In this document: positions 17,901-26,519 of the stretch, piece after piece
Layout: each line of letters opens with the position of its first letter
Position numbering within the stretch: position 1 is the stretch's first letter
Assembly: GCA_963754315.1 (NCBI GenBank)
Contig: CAVWFS010000007.1
Location: 32,001-96,000, forward strand
From: an uncultured Candidatus Rokubacteria bacterium
GTDB lineage: Bacteria; Methylomirabilota; Methylomirabilia; Rokubacteriales; CSP1-6
DNA: 64,000 nt
Reading direction: 5' to 3'
Position numbers and translations under genes: made by a program
The notes under the pieces: model-generated
Databases searched by the model: none
What the model was told of the DNA's origin: nothing
What the model saw: the letters and a program-made list of their open reading frames with translations, nothing else

Positions 17901-18440
17901 CTGCACCTCCATGAAGTAGTAGTCCTTGCCAAACACCTCCTGGTACCAGCCGGCCGCCTCGTGCGCCCGGCCCACATCCCCTGCCGAGATGAGGCGTGAC
18001 ACCTCGGAGTTGAGGCATCCGGACAGCACGAGAAGGCCCTCGGCATGCTCGGCAAGCAGGGCCTTGTCGACGCGGGGCTTGTAGTAGAAGCCCTCCAGAT
18101 AGGCCTTGGAGACGAGCTTGATGAGATTCCGGTAACCGGCGAGATCGCGTACGAGCACGGTCAGATGGTTCGCACCCTCGTAGCCGCCCTCCTGAGACGC
18201 GCGCTCCTTGCGACCGCCGGGGGCCACGTACAGCTCGCAACCGAGAATCGGTTTGATGCCGGCTTTCTCGGCAGCCAGGTAGAAGTCGATGGCGCCGAAC
18301 AGGTTGCCGTGATCGGTGAGGGCAAGGGCGGGAAACGCGAGGTCCTTGGCCTTCTTGACAAGTTTCTCGAGCTGGGCGGCGCCGTCGAGAAGGCTGTACT
18401 CGGAGTGAACGTGGAGGTGCACGAACTCGGCGTGCGGCAT
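14967..18440 (-). CDS. dnaE: DNA polymerase III alpha subunit
   Basis: FVHLHVHSEYSLLDG PHP domain, GPGRGSSAGS, MPDMDIDF, KMDFLGL, FAGYGFNKSH, OB fold. Confidence 0.98.
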   Translation of the reverse strand: MPHAEFVHLHVHSEYSLLDGAAQLEKLVKKAKDLAFPALALTDHGNLFGAIDFYLAAEKAGIKPILGCELYVAPGGRKERASQEGGYEGANHLTVLVRDLAGYRNLIKLVSKAYLEGFYYKPRVDKALLAEHAEGLLVLSGCLNSEVSRLISAGDVGRAHEAAGWYQEVFGKDYYFMEVQAHGLPEQARVTAETLRIARALGAPIAGTNDSHYLEATHARAHEALLCIQTGSTLNDPGHWRFSTQEFYVKSAAEMAQVFAETPEACRNTLAVAERCNLTLEFNRFHLPRYVVPEGHTLESYLQETTRAGLRERYGPTPGDTLEARLAHELAVIEKMGFAGYFLVVWDFIRFARQHGIAVGPGRGSSAGSLVAYCLGITNVDPIRYGLLFERFLNPERISMPDMDIDFADDRRDEVIRYVADRYGRDRVAHIITFGTLGAKAAIRDVGRVLGMTYSDVDRIAKLVPAFPLNISLEEAAQRALPLAETIRTQQSVKELWDIARALEGCTRHASVHASAVVISDEPLDQHIPLYKDPKRPELITGYAMGPIEKLGLLKMDFLGLRTLTVLANTALLIKEARGVVIDFDRLPVDDTRTYQLLGEARTFGVFQLESPGMRDALRGLKPERLEDIIAIVSLYRPGPMDLIPDFIDRRHGRAKIKYEHPAMEKFTRETYGIMVYQEQIMQIASEMAGFSMGEADTLRRAMGKKDRDLMATQKEKFIGGCAERDVPTAKAERVWELMEKFAGYGFNKSHAAAYGVVAYQTAYFKANYPVEFMAALLTSEMGDTDKIVKYIDECRAMAIPVEPPDVNSSGVRFTVAGGTIRFGLAAIKNVGEAAMESILQTRATHGTFGSLDDFCSRVDLRLVNRRVIESLIKAGAFDSLQLPRAHLLAQVDGALDQGQRQQRERAEGQASFFDLLPVVPAAAAPDATALLPEWDDDQRLAFEKEVLGFYVSGHPLARYRSQVDALDVTSSAELAARSTGSAVRLVGLVVELKETTTKRGNHMAFLTLEDMEGTVEVTVFPEPFKAAASRLRAREPVLIRGRIDDSDKGRVVLAEEVRPLDEVLREPGIAAPLPGTPRACRLRVGASQTMAALAALGRLCAEHAGAVPLFVHVLLAEQEVVLRSRAFQVTVTPPFVTALEAILGPGTVVVDHARSP

Positions 18441-18446
18441 GGGGTC

Positions 18447-19994
18447 TCACTCCCACTCGATCGTGCTCGGCGGCTTCGACGAGATGTCGAAGACAACACG
18501 GTTGACGCCCTTGACCTCGTTGATGATCCGGTTGCTGAGGCGGCCGAGCAGCTCGTACGGAAGCCGTGCCCAGTCGGCGGTCATGGCGTCCTGACTGGTG
18601 ACGGCCCGGAGGGCGATGACCTGACCGTAGGTCCGAAAATCCCCCATCACGCCCACCGTGTGCACCGGGAGGAGGACGGCGAACGCCTGCCACACCTCGC
18701 GTTGGAGCCCAGCCGCACGAACCTCCTCCTGCACGATGGTATCCGCTTCGCGTAAGAGGTCCAGGCGATCCTCGGTCACCTCTCCGAGCACGCGGATGGC
18801 CAGGCCGGGGCCCGGAAACGGCTGGCGCCAGACGATGTCTGCCGGAAGACCGAGCACCTCGCCGACCCGCCGCACTTCGTCCTTGAACAACTCACGCAGC
18901 GGCTCCAAGAGCGAGAAGCGCATTGCTTCGGGAAGCCCTCCCACGTTGTGATGTGTCTTGATGGTGGCCGACGGTCCCTTGGCCGAAATGGACTCGATGA
19001 CATCCGGATAGAGCGTCCCTTGGGCGAGCCAGGGGATGGCCCCGAGCCGGGCCGCTTCTTCCTCGAAGACGGCGATGAACTCCCGGCCAATACGCCGGCG
19101 CTTTTCCTCGGGATCGGTCACGCCGCGCAAGCGCTCCAGGAAGCGTGCCCCGGCTTCCCGGTGGACGAGATTGATCATGAAGGTATCGCGGAACGTGTGC
19201 ACAACGGCAGCCGCCTCGCCCTTGCGGAGCAGACCGTTGTCGACGAAGACGCACGTGAGTTGATCTCCGATCGCGCGGTGCACGAGGACCGCCACCACCG
19301 CCGAGTCCACCCCACCCGACAGGGCACACAGCACGCGGCTATCACCCACCCGGGCGCGGATGTCCGCGACCGTGGTGTCGACGAACGAGGCCATCGACCA
19401 GGTCCGGGCCACCTGGCAGCTGTCCAGGAAGTTCTCGAGGATACGACCCCCCTCGGGCGTGTGCGCTACTTCGGGATGGAATTGCACGGCGTAGAGTCGG
19501 CGTTCATCGTCGGCCATCGCGGCCACCGGGCAGTTGTCGGTGGAGGCAAGGACCGCGAACCCGGGCGGGGCTGCCAGCACCGTATCGCCGTGGCTCATCC
19601 AAACGACCAGCCGACCGTCGTCGGGGGTGATGCCACGGAGGAGCGCGCTGGGAGCGTGCAGCTGAACGACTGCCTTGCCGTACTCACGTCGGTCGACGGG
19701 CACCACGCGGCCCCCGAGCCGGTAGGCCATGATCTGCATCCCATAGCAAATCCCGAGGACCGGCACCCCCAGATCGAACAGAGCGGTGGGGGCCACCGGC
19801 GCCTGCTCTTCATAAACGCTGGACGGGCCGCCCGAGAGGATGATGCCCTTGTAGCGGGCGGCGCGGAGGCTCTCCAGGGAAACGGTGGGGGGCAGGATTT
19901 CCGAGTATACCGACATCTCGCGGATGCGGCGGGCGATCAGCTGCGTATACTGCGAACCGTAGTCGAGAACCGCGATCGCGTCGACGGCGCTCAC
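18447..19994 (-). CDS. guaA: GMP synthase (glutamine-hydrolysing); alternative start 20009
   Basis: [49 protein letters not shown]. Confidence 0.98.
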   Translation of the reverse strand: MSAVDAIAVLDYGSQYTQLIARRIREMSVYSEILPPTVSLESLRAARYKGIILSGGPSSVYEEQAPVAPTALFDLGVPVLGICYGMQIMAYRLGGRVVPVDRREYGKAVVQLHAPSALLRGITPDDGRLVVWMSHGDTVLAAPPGFAVLASTDNCPVAAMADDERRLYAVQFHPEVAHTPEGGRILENFLDSCQVARTWSMASFVDTTVADIRARVGDSRVLCALSGGVDSAVVAVLVHRAIGDQLTCVFVDNGLLRKGEAAAVVHTFRDTFMINLVHREAGARFLERLRGVTDPEEKRRRIGREFIAVFEEEAARLGAIPWLAQGTLYPDVIESISAKGPSATIKTHHNVGGLPEAMRFSLLEPLRELFKDEVRRVGEVLGLPADIVWRQPFPGPGLAIRVLGEVTEDRLDLLREADTIVQEEVRAAGLQREVWQAFAVLLPVHTVGVMGDFRTYGQVIALRAVTSQDAMTADWARLPYELLGRLSNRIINEVKGVNRVVFDISSKPPSTIEWE

Positions 19995-20013
19995 CCCCGC
20001 GCCCTCCACCGCT

Positions 20014-21174
20014 CTAGCGCGGGCGTCCGAGTTTCTGGGCCTGCTGGAAGACTTTGCCCTCTGTCTTGATGGCCGGCGCGATGATCAGCTCCGTCTGCTG
20101 TAGCTCACGAATGTTGGCGGCGCCCACCGAACCCATGCACGTTCGAATCGCCCCCACGAGGTTGAGGGTGCCGTCCTCGGTGAAGGCCGGCCCGAACAGG
20201 ATCTGCTCGAGGGTGCCCGCGACCCCGACGCGGATGCGCGTCCCCCGCGGCAGATTCTGATGAGGGGTCGCCATTCCCCAGTGATAACCCCGCCCCGGGG
20301 CCTCCACCGACCGCGCGAACGCGGAACCGATCATGACGGCGTCCGCACCGGATGCGAGCGCCTTGCAGACATCGCCCCCCGTGGTCATGCCTCCGTCAGT
20401 GATGATCGGCACGTAACGACCCTTCTGCTTGTAATGGAAGTCGCGGGCAGCGGCGGCGTCGGCGGTGGCCGTCACCTGGGGCACACCCAATCCCAACACC
20501 TCGCGGCTCGTGCAGGCGGCTCCGGGACCGACGCCAATGAGCAGCGCATCGGCGCCGGAATTCATCAGTTCAAGGCAGGCCTCGTAGGTCACCACGTTGC
20601 CGATGATGAGCGGAATGGCCAACTGTCGCTTCAGGCGTCGGGGCTCGAACGGTGTGTACTCGGTGGCGATGTGGCGGGCCGTGGTCACCGTCGATTGCAC
20701 AACGAAGATGTCGGCTCCCGCCTCCTGGGCCAGGGCCGCGAAGCGCTCGGCTCGCTGGGGAATGGACGACACGACCACGCTGCCGCCGCCCTTCTTGATC
20801 GTCTCGATACGGCGTTGGATGAGTTCTTCCTTGATGGGCTCTCCGTAGATCGACTGGATGATACGGGTTGCCTCGTCTTGGCTGGCCGACACAATCCGCT
20901 CGATCACCTCGTCGGGATTCTCGTAGCGGGAGAAGACCCCTTCGAGGTTCAAGACAGCCAGGCCACCGAATTTGCTCATCTCGATGGCCAAACGGGGGCC
21001 CACGACCCCATCCATGGCGGCCGCGATGATCGGAATGTCGAAGCGTCGCCCGCACAACTCCCAGGAGATGTCGACCTCGTTGGGATTGATGGTCAATGCC
21101 CCGGGAACGAGCGCGATGTCATCGAACCCATACGCTGCCCGCGCCTTGCGTCCCCGTCCGACCCACATGCCCAT
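20014..21174 (-). CDS. guaB: GuaB3-type IMP dehydrogenase (no CBS domain)
   Basis: [30 protein letters not shown] (catalytic Cys), HWGMATP..NLPRG; directly upstream of guaA. Confidence 0.92.
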   Translation of the reverse strand: MGMWVGRGRKARAAYGFDDIALVPGALTINPNEVDISWELCGRRFDIPIIAAAMDGVVGPRLAIEMSKFGGLAVLNLEGVFSRYENPDEVIERIVSASQDEATRIIQSIYGEPIKEELIQRRIETIKKGGGSVVVSSIPQRAERFAALAQEAGADIFVVQSTVTTARHIATEYTPFEPRRLKRQLAIPLIIGNVVTYEACLELMNSGADALLIGVGPGAACTSREVLGLGVPQVTATADAAAARDFHYKQKGRYVPIITDGGMTTGGDVCKALASGADAVMIGSAFARSVEAPGRGYHWGMATPHQNLPRGTRIRVGVAGTLEQILFGPAFTEDGTLNLVGAIRTCMGSVGAANIRELQQTELIIAPAIKTEGKVFQQAQKLGRPR

Positions 21175-21211
21175 CGGCTGTCCCTCCCTCGCCCTTCGGG
21201 TTCCGCCATCA

Positions 21212-21258
21212 TCCCCAGATATAGGGATGTGTTCCTAGACGCATACTATATTTCGTGG
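21212..21258. promoter_or_regulatory. Tandem NrdR-box-like sites, 31 bp apart
   Basis: TCCCCAGATATAGGGA (21212-21227) and ATACTATATTTCGTGG (21243-21258) versus NrdR consensus acaCwAtATaTwGtgt. Confidence 0.65.
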
Positions 21259-21287
21259 AGTATAGCCGGGTCGAGCCCAGCGGTCAA
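21259..21287 (-). promoter_or_regulatory. sigma70-type promoter of guaB-guaA-dnaE-accA
   Basis: Minus strand TTGACC-17nt-TATACT; the -35 overlaps the coaX stop. Confidence 0.75.
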
Positions 21288-22072
21288 CCAGGACCAGAGC
21301 CTTTCTGGTCCTGGACCCGCTCGTACAGCATGCGGAGGCCCTCCAGAGTCAGATCGGGATTCAGGATCTCGATCGAGCGCGTGGCTTCGGCGACAAGGGC
21401 GGCGTGGCCGCCGGTCGCGACGACCCGCGGCGTCCCCGTCATCTCCCCCTTCATGCGTTCGACGAGCCCGTCCACCAGACCCGCATAGCCATAGATGACA
21501 CCCGACTGGATGTTGGTGATGGTGTTGCGGCCGATCGCGCCAGCCGGGCGTACCAGCTCGACCCGATACAGGCGCGCCGCCCGGCTCAGCAACGCGTCCA
21601 CCGACGTGGCCAGCCCGGGGGCAATGGCCCCCCCCACGAACTCGCCGTGCATGTTCACGCAGTCGAAGGTGGTGGCGGTGCCGAAGTCGATCACAATGAG
21701 CGGGGCGCCGTAGAGCGCGCGCGCGGCCACGGACTTCACCACGCGGTCGGCTCCGACATCGCTCGGATTGTCGACGACCAAGGTGATCCCGCAATCCGCA
21801 CCCGACTCGACCGAGAACGGCTCGATGCCGAAATACTTCTCGGACATCCAGCGCAGGGGCTGCTCCACGGGCGGGACCACGTTGGAGATGGCCACGCCGT
21901 GGATGTCGGGAGGGGCCAGCCCGCGCGTACGCAGAAGCGTCTCGATGAACACGCCGTACTCGTCGGCCGTCTGCTCGCGGCGGGTGGTCAGGCGCCAGGA
22001 AACCAGCAAGCGCGTGTGGTCGAAGACGCCGATCTTGGTGTTCGTGTTGCCGACCTCAACGACGAGCAGCAT
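21284..22072 (-). CDS. coaX: Type III pantothenate kinase
   Basis: LVVEVGNTNT, VGADRV, IDFGTATTFD, GGAIAPG, ATGG, PDLTLEGL. Confidence 0.96.
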   Translation of the reverse strand: MLLVVEVGNTNTKIGVFDHTRLLVSWRLTTRREQTADEYGVFIETLLRTRGLAPPDIHGVAISNVVPPVEQPLRWMSEKYFGIEPFSVESGADCGITLVVDNPSDVGADRVVKSVAARALYGAPLIVIDFGTATTFDCVNMHGEFVGGAIAPGLATSVDALLSRAARLYRVELVRPAGAIGRNTITNIQSGVIYGYAGLVDGLVERMKGEMTGTPRVVATGGHAALVAEATRSIEILNPDLTLEGLRMLYERVQDQKGSGPG

Positions 22073-22814
22073 CGGCGCTCTCTTCCATCAGCTCGCCCGC
22101 CCGCACGCGGTGCCGGATGAGCCCGTCATCGATGACGAGGGCCCCGTCCTCATCGAGGTCCACGGCCCGCCCGCTCACCTCGTCAACGCGCACCCACGCG
22201 CCGAGGGTGCTGCTGAGCGTCTTCCAGGCGGCGCCGATCGCGCGAAATCCCTCCCCCTCTAGCTGCCCTCGCCAGGTGTCGAACTCGTCGAGGACAGCTT
22301 CCAGGAGGCGATCGGGCTCGACCAGACGGCCGGTGGCCTGGCGGACGGAGGTCGCTCGCGCCTGGAGATCGGCGGGAAAGCGTTCCTGAGCAAGATTGAT
22401 CCCGACGCCGATGATCACGACAGGTTTCCCGGTGAGGCGCGACTCCAGGAGGATGCCGGCGACCTTCCGCCCATCCACCAGGATGTCGTTCGGCCACTTC
22501 AGCCGCGCTGGCAAGCCGGCCACGCGGCCGAGAGCCCGTGCCACTGCCACCGCCGTCATGAGCGATAGCAGCGGCCAGTGGGTGGGCGACAGCCGCGGTC
22601 GCACGAGTATCGAGAACAGAAGGCTGGCGCCGGGCTCGTCCACCCATGCCCGGCCGCGCCGACCACGGCCGGCGTGCTGGGAGTTGGCCACGACCACGGT
22701 GCCGTCGGCCGCGCCCTCCTCGGCCAGAGCAAAGGCCACTCGCTGCGTTGAGTCTACGGCGCCCAGCCGGAGGACCGAATGGTCAGGGAAACGCGGATCA
22801 CGGTCGGCCATCAT
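22056..22814 (-). CDS. birA: Biotin-[acetyl-CoA carboxylase] ligase (no HTH)
   Basis: VDSTQ, QHAGRGRRGRAW, KWPNDIL, KVAGIL, GVGIN. Confidence 0.95.
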   Translation of the reverse strand: MMADRDPRFPDHSVLRLGAVDSTQRVAFALAEEGAADGTVVVANSQHAGRGRRGRAWVDEPGASLLFSILVRPRLSPTHWPLLSLMTAVAVARALGRVAGLPARLKWPNDILVDGRKVAGILLESRLTGKPVVIIGVGINLAQERFPADLQARATSVRQATGRLVEPDRLLEAVLDEFDTWRGQLEGEGFRAIGAAWKTLSSTLGAWVRVDEVSGRAVDLDEDGALVIDDGLIRHRVRAGELMEESADAARR

Positions 22815-25425
22815 CGATCCAGCGGCGGCTCTCTTCGAGCTTTTCCCGTAGCGCGCGTGCGTCCGCGAGCCGCGTACGCTCCCGCTCGACGATTTCGGCC
22901 GGTGCTCGCTCGACGAAGTCGGCTCGAGCCAGCTTTCCTGCGAGGAACGCCAGGGTCTCATCGAGCCGGGCCATCTCCTTGGTGAGACGCTGCCGTTCGG
23001 CCACCAAGTCGACCACCCCGGTCAAGTCGACATACACCTCGGATGCCCCGACGACCGTCAGCGCCGCGTTGGTGGGACGGCTGGCGTGCCGGTCGACGGT
23101 CAATCGGCAGCGTGCCAGCGTCTCGATCAGAGGACGCTGCTCCTCGAACAGGGTGAGGTGCTCGTCGGTCGCTCGCACGGTGACGGCCAGGGACACTCCG
23201 GGGGCGATCCTCATTTCGCCTCGGACATTCCGGATGGCCGTCACCAGGTCGATGACGCTCTGCATCTGCCGCTCGGCCTCCGTGTCGATGCGGGCGGCCC
23301 GGGCCCGGGGATAGGGCGCCACCATGATCGACTCGCCGCGATGGGGAAGCTGCTGCCAGATCTCCTCGGTGATGAAGGGCATCAACGGATGGAGCAGACG
23401 CAGGGTCGGCTCCAGCACGGTGACCAGCGTGTGCTGCGTGCGCGCGCGAACAGCGGCAGCCTCCCGCTGATACAGGGAAAGCTTGGCGATCTCGAGGTAC
23501 CAGTCACAGAATTCGTGCCACACGAACTGGTAGAGAGCCGAGGCTGCCTCGTTGAACCGGTAGCGACCGAGCGCGCGCCGCACGGCGTGAATGGTGGCTT
23601 GCAAGCGGCTTTCGATCCAGCGGTCGGCGAGGGTAGGCTGACTCTGGCGGGCCGCGGCCGGACGGTAGCCCTCGAGGTTCGCCAGCACCAGCCGGGCGGC
23701 GTTCCAGAGCTTGTTGGCGAAGTTGCGCGACCCCTCGATCCGCTCCTCGGCCAGGCGGATGTCGCGCCCCTGGGCGGCGAGCGCGGCCAGGGTGAAACGG
23801 AAGGCATCGGTCCCGTAGCTGTCCATCACAACGAGTGGATCGATGACGTTGCCCTTCGACTTCGACATTTTCTGGCCTTCGGCGTCGCGAATGAGGGCGT
23901 GGATGTACACGTCGCGGAACGGCACCTCACCCATGAAGCGAAGACCGAACATGATCATGCGAGCGACCCAGAAGAACAGGATGTCGAAACCGGTCACCAG
24001 AGCCGCCGTGGGATAGAACGTCTTGAGCTCTGGAGTGTCGTCGGGCCAGCCCAGGGTGGAGAACGGCCACAGGCCCGAGGAGAACCAGGTGTCGAGGACG
24101 TCCGTCTCCTGGCGTACGGGACCAGCGCAGGTCGGGCACGCCGTGAGGTCGGTGCGAGACACGTGCAAGGAGCCGTCCGCCTGGCAGTACCAGACGGGGA
24201 TGCGATGTCCCCACCAGAGCTGGCGCGAAATCGGCCAGTTCCGGATGTTCTCCATCCAGTGGCGATAGGTCTTGGTCCATCCGCGCGGGACGATCTTGAT
24301 GCGGCCGTCTTGGACCGCCCGCAGGGCAGGCTCCGCCAACGGCTTGATCAGGACGAACCACTGCTTGGAGACGAGGGGTTCCACCACCGTCTTGCAGCGG
24401 TAGCAGACACCCACGGCGTGACGGTAGGGCTCGATCCGTTCCACGAGGCCGAGGGCCTTCATGTCCTCCACGATCTGCCGGCGGCACTCGAAGCGATCGA
24501 GCCCCGCATAGCGCCCGGCCAACGCCGTCATCTTGCCGTCGAACCCGATGACTGTCCGCACGGGCAGGTGGTGACGGCGGCCGATCTCGAAGTCGACAGG
24601 ATCGTGGCCGGGGGTGACCTTGATCACGCCGGTGGCGAAGCTCGGATCGACGGCCTCGTCGGCCACGACTCGGATGCGAATCGGTCCGTCGACCGACTGA
24701 ACCTCGAGCTCCTCGCCCACGTACTGCGCATAGCGAGCGTCCTTGGGGTGGACGGCGAGCCCGGTGTCCCCTAGCTTCGTCTCGGGGCGCACGGTGCCGA
24801 GGGTCAGGGGCCCGTACTTGATGTAGACGAACTCCCCGTCGCGCTCCTCGCGCTCGACCTCGAGATCGGCCAGCACCGTCTGACAGCGTGGGCACCAGTT
24901 GACGAGGTAATCGTCACGGACGATGAGGCCGTCTTCCCAGAGACGGACGAACACCTCGCGTACAGCCCGCGACAGACCCTCGTCCATGGTGAAGCGCTCG
25001 CGCGACCAGTCGCAGGACGCGCCCAGGCGCTTGAGCTGGCGGATGATGGTGCCCCCAGACGCCTTCTTCCACTCCCACACGCGGGCCACGAAGCCCTCGC
25101 GGCCCAGGTCTTCCTTAGACTTTCCCTCGGCGGCAAGCTCTCGCTCGACCACGTACTGAGTGGCGATGCCCGCGTGGTCGGTGCCGGGCATCCACAGGGT
25201 ATTGAAGCCGTCCATCCGCTTCATGCGGATGAGAATGTCTTGCAGCGTGTTGTTGAGGGCGTGCCCCATGTGCAAGGAGCCGGTCACGTTGGGGGGCGGA
25301 ATGACGATGCAATATGGCCGTCCCCTCCGCCCGACATCAGCCCGGAAAAAGCCGCGCTCCTCCCAGAAAGCGTACCAGCGTCCCTCGACGGCGGCCGGTT
25401 GGTAGCGGTTGGGGAGGTCAGCCAT
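22798..25425 (-). CDS. valS: Valyl-tRNA synthetase
   Basis: PPPNVTGSLHMGH, DHAGIATQ, ISRQLWWGHRIP, KMSKS, C-terminal coiled coil. Confidence 0.98.
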   Translation of the reverse strand: MADLPNRYQPAAVEGRWYAFWEERGFFRADVGRRGRPYCIVIPPPNVTGSLHMGHALNNTLQDILIRMKRMDGFNTLWMPGTDHAGIATQYVVERELAAEGKSKEDLGREGFVARVWEWKKASGGTIIRQLKRLGASCDWSRERFTMDEGLSRAVREVFVRLWEDGLIVRDDYLVNWCPRCQTVLADLEVEREERDGEFVYIKYGPLTLGTVRPETKLGDTGLAVHPKDARYAQYVGEELEVQSVDGPIRIRVVADEAVDPSFATGVIKVTPGHDPVDFEIGRRHHLPVRTVIGFDGKMTALAGRYAGLDRFECRRQIVEDMKALGLVERIEPYRHAVGVCYRCKTVVEPLVSKQWFVLIKPLAEPALRAVQDGRIKIVPRGWTKTYRHWMENIRNWPISRQLWWGHRIPVWYCQADGSLHVSRTDLTACPTCAGPVRQETDVLDTWFSSGLWPFSTLGWPDDTPELKTFYPTAALVTGFDILFFWVARMIMFGLRFMGEVPFRDVYIHALIRDAEGQKMSKSKGNVIDPLVVMDSYGTDAFRFTLAALAAQGRDIRLAEERIEGSRNFANKLWNAARLVLANLEGYRPAAARQSQPTLADRWIESRLQATIHAVRRALGRYRFNEAASALYQFVWHEFCDWYLEIAKLSLYQREAAAVRARTQHTLVTVLEPTLRLLHPLMPFITEEIWQQLPHRGESIMVAPYPRARAARIDTEAERQMQSVIDLVTAIRNVRGEMRIAPGVSLAVTVRATDEHLTLFEEQRPLIETLARCRLTVDRHASRPTNAALTVVGASEVYVDLTGVVDLVAERQRLTKEMARLDETLAFLAGKLARADFVERAPAEIVERERTRLADARALREKLEESRRWIDDGRP

Positions 25426-25443
25426 GCGCGAGCGTCTGGGGCA

Positions 25444-26496
25444 TCACCGGATGGTGGGCATGGCCGCTGTGAGTCGCCAGTTCCCTTTCCCCGTATCCCG
25501 GAAGATCACGGTCCAGGGTTGTCGAGACTCAGCGAGGGCGGCGATCGACACGGTGCCGGCGGACCCAGGGGGCGCATCGCAGGCGGGCTCTCGGCGGAGG
25601 GTACGGGGAAGGCGTGCGCGCAAGGCCGAATCCTGGACAAGGCGAGTGAGTGCCACGGAGTCGACCGCCGCCAGCGCCTCGAAGAGGCGGTCAGCAGCGG
25701 CATGGACGTCACGGTGCCACGCGTTGATTGCTCGCCGACTGACCCGGACGAAGCGCGTTCCGTCCGGCGCTAGGCGATAGAGGTCCTCATGCTCCGTCTG
25801 CTGGTCGCATCCCGGAGTCCATCCTGGATATCCCGCCGGGTAACGCACGGTGAGGTCTGCTCCCCGCACGGTGTACCATCGTGCCGCCAGACCTTCGGGA
25901 AATACCTCGGCCGAGCTCCAGGCAGCCCGTGCCCGGCCACCCTCTTCGCGCACGAGATCGACGCGCAAGGTTCGGGCCCCGTGGGCGAGGAGCGGACCCT
26001 CCCACACGACCAAGAACTGCGCCGCGGCCGGTCTCCCCGAGGGGAGTGGGCGAATGCTGGGCCAACCGGGTCCGTCCAGCACCGTTAAGACCTTTGCCTC
26101 GCTGGCCCGTCCTCCATAGATCCGCACCGAACTTCCGAGCGGCGTCTCGCTGAATTGATAGGCGACAACGAGAAGCCGGCCGAGCCCAACCAGGCGCATG
26201 GTCACCCCACCCCACGTCTCCGTGAATGCCTCCAGCCGGTCACGGATGAAAGCGGGGGTGGCGAAAACACCGCCGCTGGCCAAGGACTCGACGACCTCCG
26301 CGTCGAGGAGCGCGTAGATCGAGGGCAGGGTCTCTGCAGCCGCCGGCTCGGGGGCGTGGGCGGGATCGAGGAGGCTGACGAGTGCGCGGAAACGCTCCAG
26401 ACGATCCACGGTGGTCGCCTCGACCCGCGCGTGCAGCCCCGTCGACAGCGCGATCAGGGCGAGTACCACGACCATGCGACCAACGGCACCCCGCAC
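25444..26496 (-). CDS. Hypothetical exported protein (~350 aa)
   Basis: Long ORF with signal-peptide-like N-terminus (RMVVVLALIALSTGLHARVEA) filling the valS-lptF gap; alternative ATG at 26475. Confidence 0.7.
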   Translation of the reverse strand: MRGAVGRMVVVLALIALSTGLHARVEATTVDRLERFRALVSLLDPAHAPEPAAAETLPSIYALLDAEVVESLASGGVFATPAFIRDRLEAFTETWGGVTMRLVGLGRLLVVAYQFSETPLGSSVRIYGGRASEAKVLTVLDGPGWPSIRPLPSGRPAAAQFLVVWEGPLLAHGARTLRVDLVREEGGRARAAWSSAEVFPEGLAARWYTVRGADLTVRYPAGYPGWTPGCDQQTEHEDLYRLAPDGTRFVRVSRRAINAWHRDVHAAADRLFEALAAVDSVALTRLVQDSALRARLPRTLRREPACDAPPGSAGTVSIAALAESRQPWTVIFRDTGKGNWRLTAAMPTIR

Positions 26497-26519
26497 GCGC
26501 CTATGGTACAACACGAGCG

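Noticed and set aside
14967..18440. Intein or intron in dnaE (also considered for nrdJ)
   Set aside because: Lengths are normal and motifs are contiguous; no splice-junction or homing-endonuclease signature.
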